Below the pieces are notes generated by a model that was not told the origin of the DNA, searched no databases, and was given only the letters and a program-made list of their open reading frames with translations. 64,000 nt of DNA, taken from positions 15,570 to 79,569 of IMG/VR virus record IMGVR_UViG_3300009085_000003. One strand, written 5' to 3'. Numbering within the stretch: the first letter of the stretch is position 1; each line of letters starts with the position of its first letter. The translations under genes and the position numbers were made by a program. Shown here piece by piece: positions 29,803 through 38,472 of this stretch. Origin of the DNA: a virus.

Positions 29803-30352
29803 ATGCAGCCAGATAATCTACAACCTCAAGTTGTTTGTGGGCAGTCATCATTTTGTCCACTACCAGTTTAACATCTTTCCAGACATCTTTACCGTAATCA
29901 TGGAACAGAATAATTCCACCCTTTTTGACCAGTGGAACCCAGTCTGTGATATCGCGGGTGATTTCGTGCTCCAGATGACCATCGTCAACCAGCAGCAGGT
30001 CGATGGGTTTATTATCCGCCCAGTGCTTGACCCGTGCCTCGTGCGCGTCCGCAAGAATCTGGACGGGATACGCCGGGAACCCATGCTCCAAAAATGCGTT
30101 CTGTTCATTCACCAAGCCGTGCCCTGTAGCCATTAAGGTATTATCAATCGTGTACAGGGTCGGCAGCAGGTCTGGGCGTACATCAGCCACCGCCATGGCA
30201 GTGGTTCCCACGCCCGCGCCAATATTGACCACCGTGGCATTCTCCGGGGCAAGCTGGGCATACTTCGCCAGTAGACCCACCTCGTTAACCGTCAGGTAGC
30301 CGAACGACCGAGCCAGATGCTCCGCACGTGTTGCTTTCAGTAACTCGCTCAT
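29789..30352 (-). CDS. Class I SAM-dependent methyltransferase (Methyltransf_24-like)
   Basis: VNIGAGVG..IDLLLVDDGH..GGIILFHDY. Confidence 0.85.
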   Translation of the reverse strand: MSELLKATRAEHLARSFGYLTVNEVGLLAKYAQLAPENATVVNIGAGVGTTAMAVADVRPDLLPTLYTIDNTLMATGHGLVNEQNAFLEHGFPAYPVQILADAHEARVKHWADNKPIDLLLVDDGHLEHEITRDITDWVPLVKKGGIILFHDYGKDVWKDVKLVVDKMMTAHKQLEVVDYLAAYEKQ

Positions 30353-33300
30353 AATCCTAGTAACCTCCTAATAGCAACCTCTAGGTCGCTACTGTTTAAA
30401 TTATAGTCGAAATCAAATATATCGTTAGCAGCAATGATTTCGACATTCTCACCACCAAAGATACGGAACTCACCCATGGAGCTCATCTGGTAACCCTTGG
30501 CTTTGCCCAGCTTCCCCATTTTTGGTTTCAGAACAAGTGTCTTAAACTGTTTCGGGTCAAGTTTGGCGAGCGCTTTCCAGTTGGTGCCAAAGAATACCGG
30601 GTTGCTCATGCCGCCCGCACCTTCACGCGCATATAGGTAGGCGTGTGACCACAGATACCACAGAGCCTCGCGGTACGCCTCCTCGGTCATCAGGGTTCCA
30701 TCCCACTTTTTGACCTCCTCGCCACGTTCATAAGCCATAAGTCTGTCCAGACTCTTTTCGCTATCGAACTCCCGGAATCGGTCGCTCCAATCTTCCCGGA
30801 TACCCTCACTGCCGTTCTGGGCACCCTCAAACATCTGGGTAGCAGTCAACATACCATTTGCGACTAACCACGCCTCCTGTAGAGACTGCTCGACTTCTTT
30901 GGCAGTCTTAAGGTCATTGGTCAGGGAGATGGTCTTATCATCACCGCCCGCAAGACCGACTTCGCTATCGTGCCCATGCATCTCGTAGCGGGAGCGGAGC
31001 TGGTCACCGATGACAGCTGCGGCATCGGTCGTGACGTGATATAGCTCATCCGGCAATTCCATCCATTTGCCTTGGTTACTGACATAAAACGCTGTCAGCG
31101 CCTCAACATCGGACGGGGTCAAGCGAGCAGCGGTGACCGCATGATTGACATCGAACTCGAACTTTTCACGCAGCTCCCCAGCCACTCCGCCATATTCTAT
31201 GATATCGTAGTACCCTTTGTATTCTTTGCTATCCTCGCCATACTTGGCTTTAAGTTGCTCCTCGTACCCCTGCAAAATATAGTCTGTCTCCGAGCGACTA
31301 AACTCGGTCATGTCAGGAGCGCCTGCCAGTAACTCTCGGGCTAATTTTCTACCGTAACGACCACGCTCCGCACTGGCATCGCTTCCATCTTGTATCAAGA
31401 GCGACTTGTCAGTCATCCGTGTAGATAAATCCTCTGCGTTTTCAGGCAGCCCAAGCTGTTCGCGCACGCGACGTATGCGATTATCAAACTCGGCTTGATG
31501 GTGCTCCAATACTTTGGTTACCTGAGCTGTAGTAACATAATTGCAGTTCGTAAACACTTCCATCCCGAGGTCTACAGTTGCTGGGTCATCACTGTCCCGC
31601 AAAGCACGCCAGTGGTCATATGTCAGACCAAGCGTGCTAAGCGCAATATCAAAATCGTCAGCACCCAGTCCAACAGTGCCATTATTATCCGTGGCTTCCA
31701 GTTTGTTTTTGAGGAGCAGGTATGGTCTGGATATTGTCATCTGCGGAGTCTCCAGTATCTCCGCACTCACATCCGGGTCTCCATACCCACGCCTGACGCT
31801 ACGAGAACTGAAATAGAATTTGTCGGCTAGGTCAATCATGACATCTGGGTTAGGAATGATGCCATTGTTAGCGATGATGGCTTTCGCCTCTTGCACCAGA
31901 GCTTGCCGCTGGGCACGAGCTTGTTCGACCTCAGCATCCTCGATACCGTATGACACCACCGGTCGCGCGGCTCCCTTGGGCGCTGAACCGCCCCGGCGTC
32001 CCAAGACGCCCACGTGTCCACGGTGACCAGAACCAGCCCCGCCTTTCAGCTTCGCCTCTTTGTTCACGCCAACGTAGTCCCACTCTTGGAGCGGGTGGGT
32101 ACGCCAGCCACCATCGTCGCTGATGTATATAGCAATGTCCGACGGATTCAACTGTCGTTCAAATAAGGCGCTTAGAATGTCAGGAAAGTGTTTATCCAGC
32201 TTTTTCAATAACCGGTCGATATCATCATCACCGTATCGATGCAGAGATACAATTGGCTTCCCTTTCACATACCCAAACAGCCCACGGAAACTTATGTTAT
32301 CCTGATTTAATTTGTCATTACCACCATAACGACCTGTCTCTCGCATGAGGATATCGTCATGTATCTCGTCTTTTTTCCCGGCGAACGCAAGCCCATCCTC
32401 GGTAACCAAGAATGGTCGAACGTCAGCCATGCCCTCTGTTTTATTGGTTCGTATCATGGCGTAGCCGGGTATCTCGTCCTCAGCCCGGAGTCGAGAGGCA
32501 ACATCGATATCAGTAATGCCCATCGTCACGAGCCCACCGCGTCCTGAGCCACCCACCTTACCGGGACGTCCACGATGACCAAAATTACCAGAGCCCTCTC
32601 CGCCCTTGAGTACCACATTTCCGTGAATAATCCCCAAAATGAATGAGAACAGGTACGGGTCTTGCCGCGCCAGTTTCCATGGGGCGGTAGCGAAAATCTC
32701 AAAAGCACAGGACAGGATTTCGGTCTCCCCGCTCGAGTATTCCCTGTTCATGTAGTCAAAGAACATATGAGACGTGTTCTTGTTCGTTCGGTAGTCCCTC
32801 AGGGCTTGGCGGGTCTTGGCTGGCAACCGTGCCTCTACGTGATGACCCAACTCATGCCACAACTCCGCTCGGGCAGCCTCTTGCATGGCGTCCACATCCA
32901 GTTCGGTATGGCGCTGTACATACGGATAATTGTTCGGGTCGTTAGCAAGGAACTCCCCGCTATCCCATGTGTACAAAGTCGCCTCGCCGCTTATCTGCTG
33001 TAAATCCGCAGTGTACGCGCCCCGATTCGGGTAGGTAACAAAGAGCACTTCGTTATCGACAGCTTTCGGGTCGTAGACACTTTTATCAATCATCTGGTTG
33101 GCACGCCACAGCTCCTGCCGGATAAACTCCTCGGCATCAGGGGCGTACCGTATATCGCCAATATTCCAACCGATAGGACGCGGCGCCAAAGCGATAGACG
33201 TCCTGAATTTCTCCGCCTTGTCTCCGGCACTCAGCACACTGGTATAACAGTCCATGACCATCTGGCGCTGCATGTCGTTGACCTCACCCTTGCGCTTGAT

Positions 33301-36300
33301 AACCTCTTGAACAAATTCATTGTGTCGATTTAGATACGTCTCAAAGTGCTCCGCCGCCTGCGGATACTCTTTCTGAATGTCGCGCAAGCTCATCTCTCGC
33401 TCGAGCGTATTGTTGAACGGGGACGGCGAGATTCGTCGCTCAGTAATTGTAAAAACTCTATCATCGATGCCTATCGGTCGAATGCGACTTGTCCCATAAA
33501 GATGGGACTCGATTCCAGCAACCGCGGTACTGGTCTGTTCGTTGAACATCGCCTCGCGCGTATCCGGGGATGACAGGGTAGACCTATCGTTTTCCATCCA
33601 CACCATCTGGTTACGAACCCAGACGAGATAGTCATCGCGCAACTTCTCATACTGTTCTACCTGCGGTTTGACCCGGTTCATGTACTCGAGCACGGCAGAG
33701 GCGCCCGCCCGCATCAACGACTTAACGTCATGTTCGTATACAACTGGATGACCGCTCACATCTTTTTCCGGTGGGAATTTCAGGAACGGATTATCAAGAT
33801 TAATAGCGGGGGTGGAACGCTCACCTTTAGGTAACGAACCTCCACGCTTGCCCGGTCTGCCAGCGTGACCGATATTGCCGGAGCCCGTACCACCCTTAGT
33901 AGTAACATTCGGGTCATAGCCAAATGTAAACGAGTCAAGCTCCGTGAGCCAATCAAAGTGCCGAAAGTATGGCTTGTTGGCAACGATGACCACGCGCAAT
34001 GGCTTGCCCGTTAAATCACAATACTTTTTCAGGGCGCCCATGAATCGAGACCCTAGGTTGTTAAGGTTGTCTGGTTTTTTAAAGATGGTTCCCAAATATA
34101 GGTATGAGCCATCGTCCTGTATTCCAACCGACAACTGGGTATTATCATTATCGGTGAAGTACAGCGACTCGACCGGATTGCCGTAGATGTCGTTCCACCG
34201 CTCGTCACCATTACCATAGCGCATCGTAACATCCCCGCCCATTTCGCGCTCAAAGAATATCTTCACCGGGTTGTCTGGCGTGTTTAATAGTTGCCGACCA
34301 GTGATACTGCGACTCCACAGCTCGCGCCGGGGCATATCTGTGCCGTCAGCAACTTCACGTAGCTTATTAACAGCATCGTTATAACCCGCTTCGGAGCCGC
34401 CCTCCCCAGACCCACCCACCTGTCCGGGGCGTCCCCGGTGACCAAAGTTACCAGAACCCTGTCCGCCTTTCAGCACCGTAGTTCCCTGAATGATGCTGAG
34501 GATAAAGCCGAACATCTCTGGGTCTTGTTGGGCAAGACGCCATGGGGCAGTAGAGAATATCTCGAACGCGCAGGACAGGAGCTCGGTGGCACCAGTGCGG
34601 TACCGTGTTTGCATGTAGTCGAACATGAAAGGATTCTTACCATCGGCTACATCCACGCGAAAGAGATAGAAATTATCAATAGCATGACGGTATGGTACGG
34701 TTAGAGTGTGTTCCACATGATGACCAAACTCGTGCCAGATTTCCAGCCGCAGGTATTCTTGCAGTGTGTCGACATCCACATCGTAGTCTCGCGGTATGAA
34801 TGGATAAATGCCACCTATGCCAGCACCGGGGAATTCTGGGGGTTCAGCCGCATAGGCGCTCTCGCGCTGGTCGTATGTCACCAGCTTGCGGTCTAAGGTG
34901 ATGGTCGGTATATCCAACTCCCGGTTGTCCGCAGGGTTGGCATACGAACCGGTCATAAGGGAGGTGTCAATATAGAGCTTGTCACCATACAAGCTGCGGT
35001 TGCCCTCATGCAGAATGTTGACATTCACTACGCCTGCCGCATCGTCTACGACGCTACGAATATAATCAATGGCGTCCGGTGAAATAGATAGGGGCTTACC
35101 GGTGATGTCTACTCCTCCCGTATTCATGTCCAGCGCGACCTCCCATGGTCTTGGGTTGGACGCCTTAAGAGATTTAATGAACTGGTTCGCTAACTCGGTC
35201 TGGACTTTGTTGGCTGCCTCGCGCTTTTCAATATAGCCGTTCGCAAAGGCATTGTAATCGTTGAACCACTTATCCAGTCCGCCAGCAGTGAGGGCTTCTG
35301 GATATTTTTCCTTGAGGTCGTTGTAGCTGAAAACCTGCTGGTATTTGTGACCGGATTCGTGGGTATTTGGGTCATCAGCCGACGGTACCCATGGCTGGAT
35401 AAGCAGGAACGGCTCATCCGGGCTCAGGGGACGCACCTCCATGCGCGAGTCGTAGGTATTATCAAAGCGCTGCTGCCCGATACGAATCGACGGGTTCCGC
35501 ACATCGACATGGGCAAGACCGTAATCATCAGGGGATAGGTGCCGAAACGTGTCATGGAGCACATTGCTAGAATCGGCTGACGGCAGACTTTGCAGGAACT
35601 CATGTGTTATCGCCTTAAAGTCAGCCTGTGCCTCAGTGACGAACGTCTCCCGCAGCTTTTTGTACTCATCCAGCTGGGGCTCGATGGATTTCAGGTATAC
35701 AGCTGCCGCATCCTTGTTCGCGTCGATGAGTGCCTGAACATGGCTTGGGTATTGCGGTGCCGGGAATGTTTTGTCGCCCACGCGCAGGACACCACGCGGC
35801 TGCTTCTTGGGCTTGTCTACTGGAACCCCACGAACGCCCTTGGGCAAGCTGCCACCGCGTTTTCCGGGTCGTCCTGCATGACCAACGTTCCCAGAGCCTG
35901 TGCCGCCCTTGGTGGTAGTCTCTTTCAGGGAGATGTTCCCATCGGAATCGATAAACACGTGCTTGGCAGACAAAAACTCGCTCAGGTCATATTCGAGCGA
36001 TACACTGGAGTACCCATGACCGAGATGCTCAGAGTACGTCTGCCAGCGCACAGTGTCGTTGTCCGCCAGCTCCATATCCCAGACGCCAGCATCGTACATG
36101 CGTTGCAGCTGGCGGAGGATTTTGGAGTTGACGTTCTGGGTGGTGATATATAAAGACTTGCCACGGAAATTACCAACCAACAGGCGGAAGTTCACGAACG
36201 GTATCGCGCTGTTCTCGTCCATGACCAACATGCCATACGTCTCCTGCATGGCGTGGCGGAACATGCCCACGGTCTCAGAGAGCTTCACCGGCATCGTTGT

Positions 36301-38472
36301 CATGGGCTGATTCTCGAGCTGGTGTTTCAGGTAGATAGCGTTGTACTTATTAACTATCCGTTCGAGTTCTTTTTCAATCTCGTGGTCATCATCAAACACA
36401 CCCTCATCGACCTCGCGGGTCAGCTTGTGCATCTCTTTGTCCAAGTCGACATATTCCTGTAGCCACGCAATCGCTGGGTCATCGTTAGACTCCAGTATTT
36501 TCTTGGCGCTCCTAGCAACACCGATGATGGGGCGCAACGCATCGAACACAAAGACGGCTTTTTCACCAACCCGTCCGGGGTCAGCTTCCATCTCCTTGAC
36601 GATATCGGGGAATAATCCCGGATTTTCGTACACAATTCCACCCACCAGCTGCTCGTGACTAAAATGCCCTTCGCCACGAACGCCAATCACGCCAATCCCC
36701 TCGATATAGGTGGCGGCTGCCGTGGTGAAGTCATCAACATCGTCTCCCTCGAGCTCAGCCTTAATCGCTTCGTTCACGCTGTCGAATGGACGGTAGCCAC
36801 TCGGGAGCTTGACAGTGTTCCAGTCTATTGTCGGGGGACTATCGATGCCGTAGGTAATTGACTCGCCCGCAGGGGCACGGGGGACAGGAGCAGCGCCTTT
36901 CGGGGCAGAACCACCGCGCTTTCCCGGCACACCTACGTGACCATGGTGCCCACTGCCAGCACCGCCCTTGGTGGTTACCTCGGGCATCAGATAATACAGC
37001 TTGTAAAAATACTTATAGCCATCCGGTGATGGGGATTCCTTAAATTCATCGAGAACCCACTGAGCGTCATGATTGAGACGCAACGTAAACATGCCATCTA
37101 TCCACGAAGGCGGGATAGCCTGCTCCATGCGATAGCACCCTTGAGTCTCAAAGTCAACGTCAGCTTGCGCGTCTGTAAAGATGTCAGATAATTTTTCAAT
37201 CGGAACCCGGATACGCACCCACACAGGCTGGGTTTTCGCAGCAAACTCCTCCGGTGGAAACAAGTCAGTTGGTACGTTGTGTTGTACATAGCTGGCTAGG
37301 TCGGTCATCGTTTCTATGTCATCGACAAAATAGGTCGATGGCGGTCTGCCATAATGGACACGACCGGGCAGAATGCCGTACTGCTTGAGACTGTCCGCCA
37401 AACCAGCTGGAGTCCCATGGTAGAGGTCAACGTATCCGATACCCTTTGCGATAAGCTCCTGCTCCAGAGCGTCCAGTTTCGCAGCGATATCTGGGTCGTA
37501 GTTCGTAAAGTCTCCCTGCGCATGATACGGTGTCGCATACGGGTCTTTACTCGGGTCTGTTTTCATCGGTTCTAGGTCACGCTCCCAGCCATGGAGACCG
37601 GTGTAAGCCGGGTCTGTGCGACGCGGGTTGTGCATGTCAATGACTTCCGACGCCGGAGCGACCCTGCCACCGAACCGACTCCCGCCACGCTTTCCGGGAA
37701 TACCAGCATGACCCGCCTCGCGCGTGAATCCACTGCCCTTCCCGCCTTTGAGTGAAATCGGGGAAACTTCCCTCCCCGCTATGCGATGCAACGGCAGGTG
37801 AACTTGCTTCGTCCGGTACGGTAAGATGAGTTCCCAGTTCCGTATCTGGAGCGGGTTCCATGCACGATGACGCTCGACGCAGGTCTGGCAGTGCTCAGCG
37901 ACCCCGAGCTCCCAGTATGCATCAGCGTTACCGTCCTCGATATCACCGATGACCTCGATACGCCACCGGCATTTGCAGTTTTTCAAACATTGGCTGGTAC
38001 CATCCCCCGGATAGGCTGGCAGGGGCATGTCATCCACGCCCAGCTTGGCAGAGGTGTTGGCACGCCAGTATTGCTCTACCGCAGTGCGGTTGTACTGACG
38101 AGCACGCCCGAACCAGCGGCTGTCGAAATTGGTATCATCGAATTTGTTCCCGAGTTGGTTGGCTGCGATTACCAATGCAAAGCCAGACAAGAACGCCAGC
38201 TGCTGGGCAATCGCTTGTGTCAGGTAGTCGCTTGCTTTTGGGGGAATGACCTCAGAGCCAGCGCCGACCATGTAGCCGGTGGTGGCTCCCAAACCGATGA
38301 GCTCACCCATCAGCTGCTCCCAAGCCTCGACGGTTATCTCACCGTTAAATAGCTCGTAGAGCAGGGCGTCGGTCTGTTCATCCATGCCCATAATAACGGG
38401 AATCAGCTCGGGGGGCAGACCGTCGTAGCGTTCCCACAGCTCGGGCTCACCAAGCGGGGTGTAGTCTGGCAT
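30349..38472 (-). CDS. MuF-like minor head polyprotein with 7 tagged cargo modules
   Basis: Directly after portal; N-terminal PGDG..CLKNCKC..HCQTC head-morphogenesis motif; 7 tag copies; ART, HExxH and GNAT-like motifs. Confidence 0.8.
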   Translation of the reverse strand: MPDYTPLGEPELWERYDGLPPELIPVIMGMDEQTDALLYELFNGEITVEAWEQLMGELIGLGATTGYMVGAGSEVIPPKASDYLTQAIAQQLAFLSGFALVIAANQLGNKFDDTNFDSRWFGRARQYNRTAVEQYWRANTSAKLGVDDMPLPAYPGDGTSQCLKNCKCRWRIEVIGDIEDGNADAYWELGVAEHCQTCVERHRAWNPLQIRNWELILPYRTKQVHLPLHRIAGREVSPISLKGGKGSGFTREAGHAGIPGKRGGSRFGGRVAPASEVIDMHNPRRTDPAYTGLHGWERDLEPMKTDPSKDPYATPYHAQGDFTNYDPDIAAKLDALEQELIAKGIGYVDLYHGTPAGLADSLKQYGILPGRVHYGRPPSTYFVDDIETMTDLASYVQHNVPTDLFPPEEFAAKTQPVWVRIRVPIEKLSDIFTDAQADVDFETQGCYRMEQAIPPSWIDGMFTLRLNHDAQWVLDEFKESPSPDGYKYFYKLYYLMPEVTTKGGAGSGHHGHVGVPGKRGGSAPKGAAPVPRAPAGESITYGIDSPPTIDWNTVKLPSGYRPFDSVNEAIKAELEGDDVDDFTTAAATYIEGIGVIGVRGEGHFSHEQLVGGIVYENPGLFPDIVKEMEADPGRVGEKAVFVFDALRPIIGVARSAKKILESNDDPAIAWLQEYVDLDKEMHKLTREVDEGVFDDDHEIEKELERIVNKYNAIYLKHQLENQPMTTMPVKLSETVGMFRHAMQETYGMLVMDENSAIPFVNFRLLVGNFRGKSLYITTQNVNSKILRQLQRMYDAGVWDMELADNDTVRWQTYSEHLGHGYSSVSLEYDLSEFLSAKHVFIDSDGNISLKETTTKGGTGSGNVGHAGRPGKRGGSLPKGVRGVPVDKPKKQPRGVLRVGDKTFPAPQYPSHVQALIDANKDAAAVYLKSIEPQLDEYKKLRETFVTEAQADFKAITHEFLQSLPSADSSNVLHDTFRHLSPDDYGLAHVDVRNPSIRIGQQRFDNTYDSRMEVRPLSPDEPFLLIQPWVPSADDPNTHESGHKYQQVFSYNDLKEKYPEALTAGGLDKWFNDYNAFANGYIEKREAANKVQTELANQFIKSLKASNPRPWEVALDMNTGGVDITGKPLSISPDAIDYIRSVVDDAAGVVNVNILHEGNRSLYGDKLYIDTSLMTGSYANPADNRELDIPTITLDRKLVTYDQRESAYAAEPPEFPGAGIGGIYPFIPRDYDVDVDTLQEYLRLEIWHEFGHHVEHTLTVPYRHAIDNFYLFRVDVADGKNPFMFDYMQTRYRTGATELLSCAFEIFSTAPWRLAQQDPEMFGFILSIIQGTTVLKGGQGSGNFGHRGRPGQVGGSGEGGSEAGYNDAVNKLREVADGTDMPRRELWSRSITGRQLLNTPDNPVKIFFEREMGGDVTMRYGNGDERWNDIYGNPVESLYFTDNDNTQLSVGIQDDGSYLYLGTIFKKPDNLNNLGSRFMGALKKYCDLTGKPLRVVIVANKPYFRHFDWLTELDSFTFGYDPNVTTKGGTGSGNIGHAGRPGKRGGSLPKGERSTPAINLDNPFLKFPPEKDVSGHPVVYEHDVKSLMRAGASAVLEYMNRVKPQVEQYEKLRDDYLVWVRNQMVWMENDRSTLSSPDTREAMFNEQTSTAVAGIESHLYGTSRIRPIGIDDRVFTITERRISPSPFNNTLEREMSLRDIQKEYPQAAEHFETYLNRHNEFVQEVIKRKGEVNDMQRQMVMDCYTSVLSAGDKAEKFRTSIALAPRPIGWNIGDIRYAPDAEEFIRQELWRANQMIDKSVYDPKAVDNEVLFVTYPNRGAYTADLQQISGEATLYTWDSGEFLANDPNNYPYVQRHTELDVDAMQEAARAELWHELGHHVEARLPAKTRQALRDYRTNKNTSHMFFDYMNREYSSGETEILSCAFEIFATAPWKLARQDPYLFSFILGIIHGNVVLKGGEGSGNFGHRGRPGKVGGSGRGGLVTMGITDIDVASRLRAEDEIPGYAMIRTNKTEGMADVRPFLVTEDGLAFAGKKDEIHDDILMRETGRYGGNDKLNQDNISFRGLFGYVKGKPIVSLHRYGDDDIDRLLKKLDKHFPDILSALFERQLNPSDIAIYISDDGGWRTHPLQEWDYVGVNKEAKLKGGAGSGHRGHVGVLGRRGGSAPKGAARPVVSYGIEDAEVEQARAQRQALVQEAKAIIANNGIIPNPDVMIDLADKFYFSSRSVRRGYGDPDVSAEILETPQMTISRPYLLLKNKLEATDNNGTVGLGADDFDIALSTLGLTYDHWRALRDSDDPATVDLGMEVFTNCNYVTTAQVTKVLEHHQAEFDNRIRRVREQLGLPENAEDLSTRMTDKSLLIQDGSDASAERGRYGRKLARELLAGAPDMTEFSRSETDYILQGYEEQLKAKYGEDSKEYKGYYDIIEYGGVAGELREKFEFDVNHAVTAARLTPSDVEALTAFYVSNQGKWMELPDELYHVTTDAAAVIGDQLRSRYEMHGHDSEVGLAGGDDKTISLTNDLKTAKEVEQSLQEAWLVANGMLTATQMFEGAQNGSEGIREDWSDRFREFDSEKSLDRLMAYERGEEVKKWDGTLMTEEAYREALWYLWSHAYLYAREGAGGMSNPVFFGTNWKALAKLDPKQFKTLVLKPKMGKLGKAKGYQMSSMGEFRIFGGENVEIIAANDIFDFDYNLNSSDLEVAIRRLLGL

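Larger units (their letters stand above)
12572..37749 (-). repeat. Dispersed coding repeat (12 copies of the Gly/His-rich tag)
   Basis: Copies at 12572-12634, 25582-25644, 26747-26809, 28327-28389, 29647-29709, 31984-32046, 32545-32607, 33835-33897, 34408-34470, 35848-35910, 36907-36969, 37678-37749. Confidence 0.95.

Noticed and set aside
28390-35910. Zincin paralogs as a diversity-generating retroelement TR/VR pair
   Set aside because: No reverse transcriptase in the window, and the divergence is general rather than adenine-specific.
31984-37749. Tag repeats as a CRISPR array
   Set aside because: Copies are in frame, vary at synonymous positions and are 0.5-1.4 kb apart; no cas genes are present.
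30349-38472. Polyprotein modules as inteins
   Set aside because: No C/S-start...HN-C/S/T splice junctions or LAGLIDADG motifs at module boundaries.
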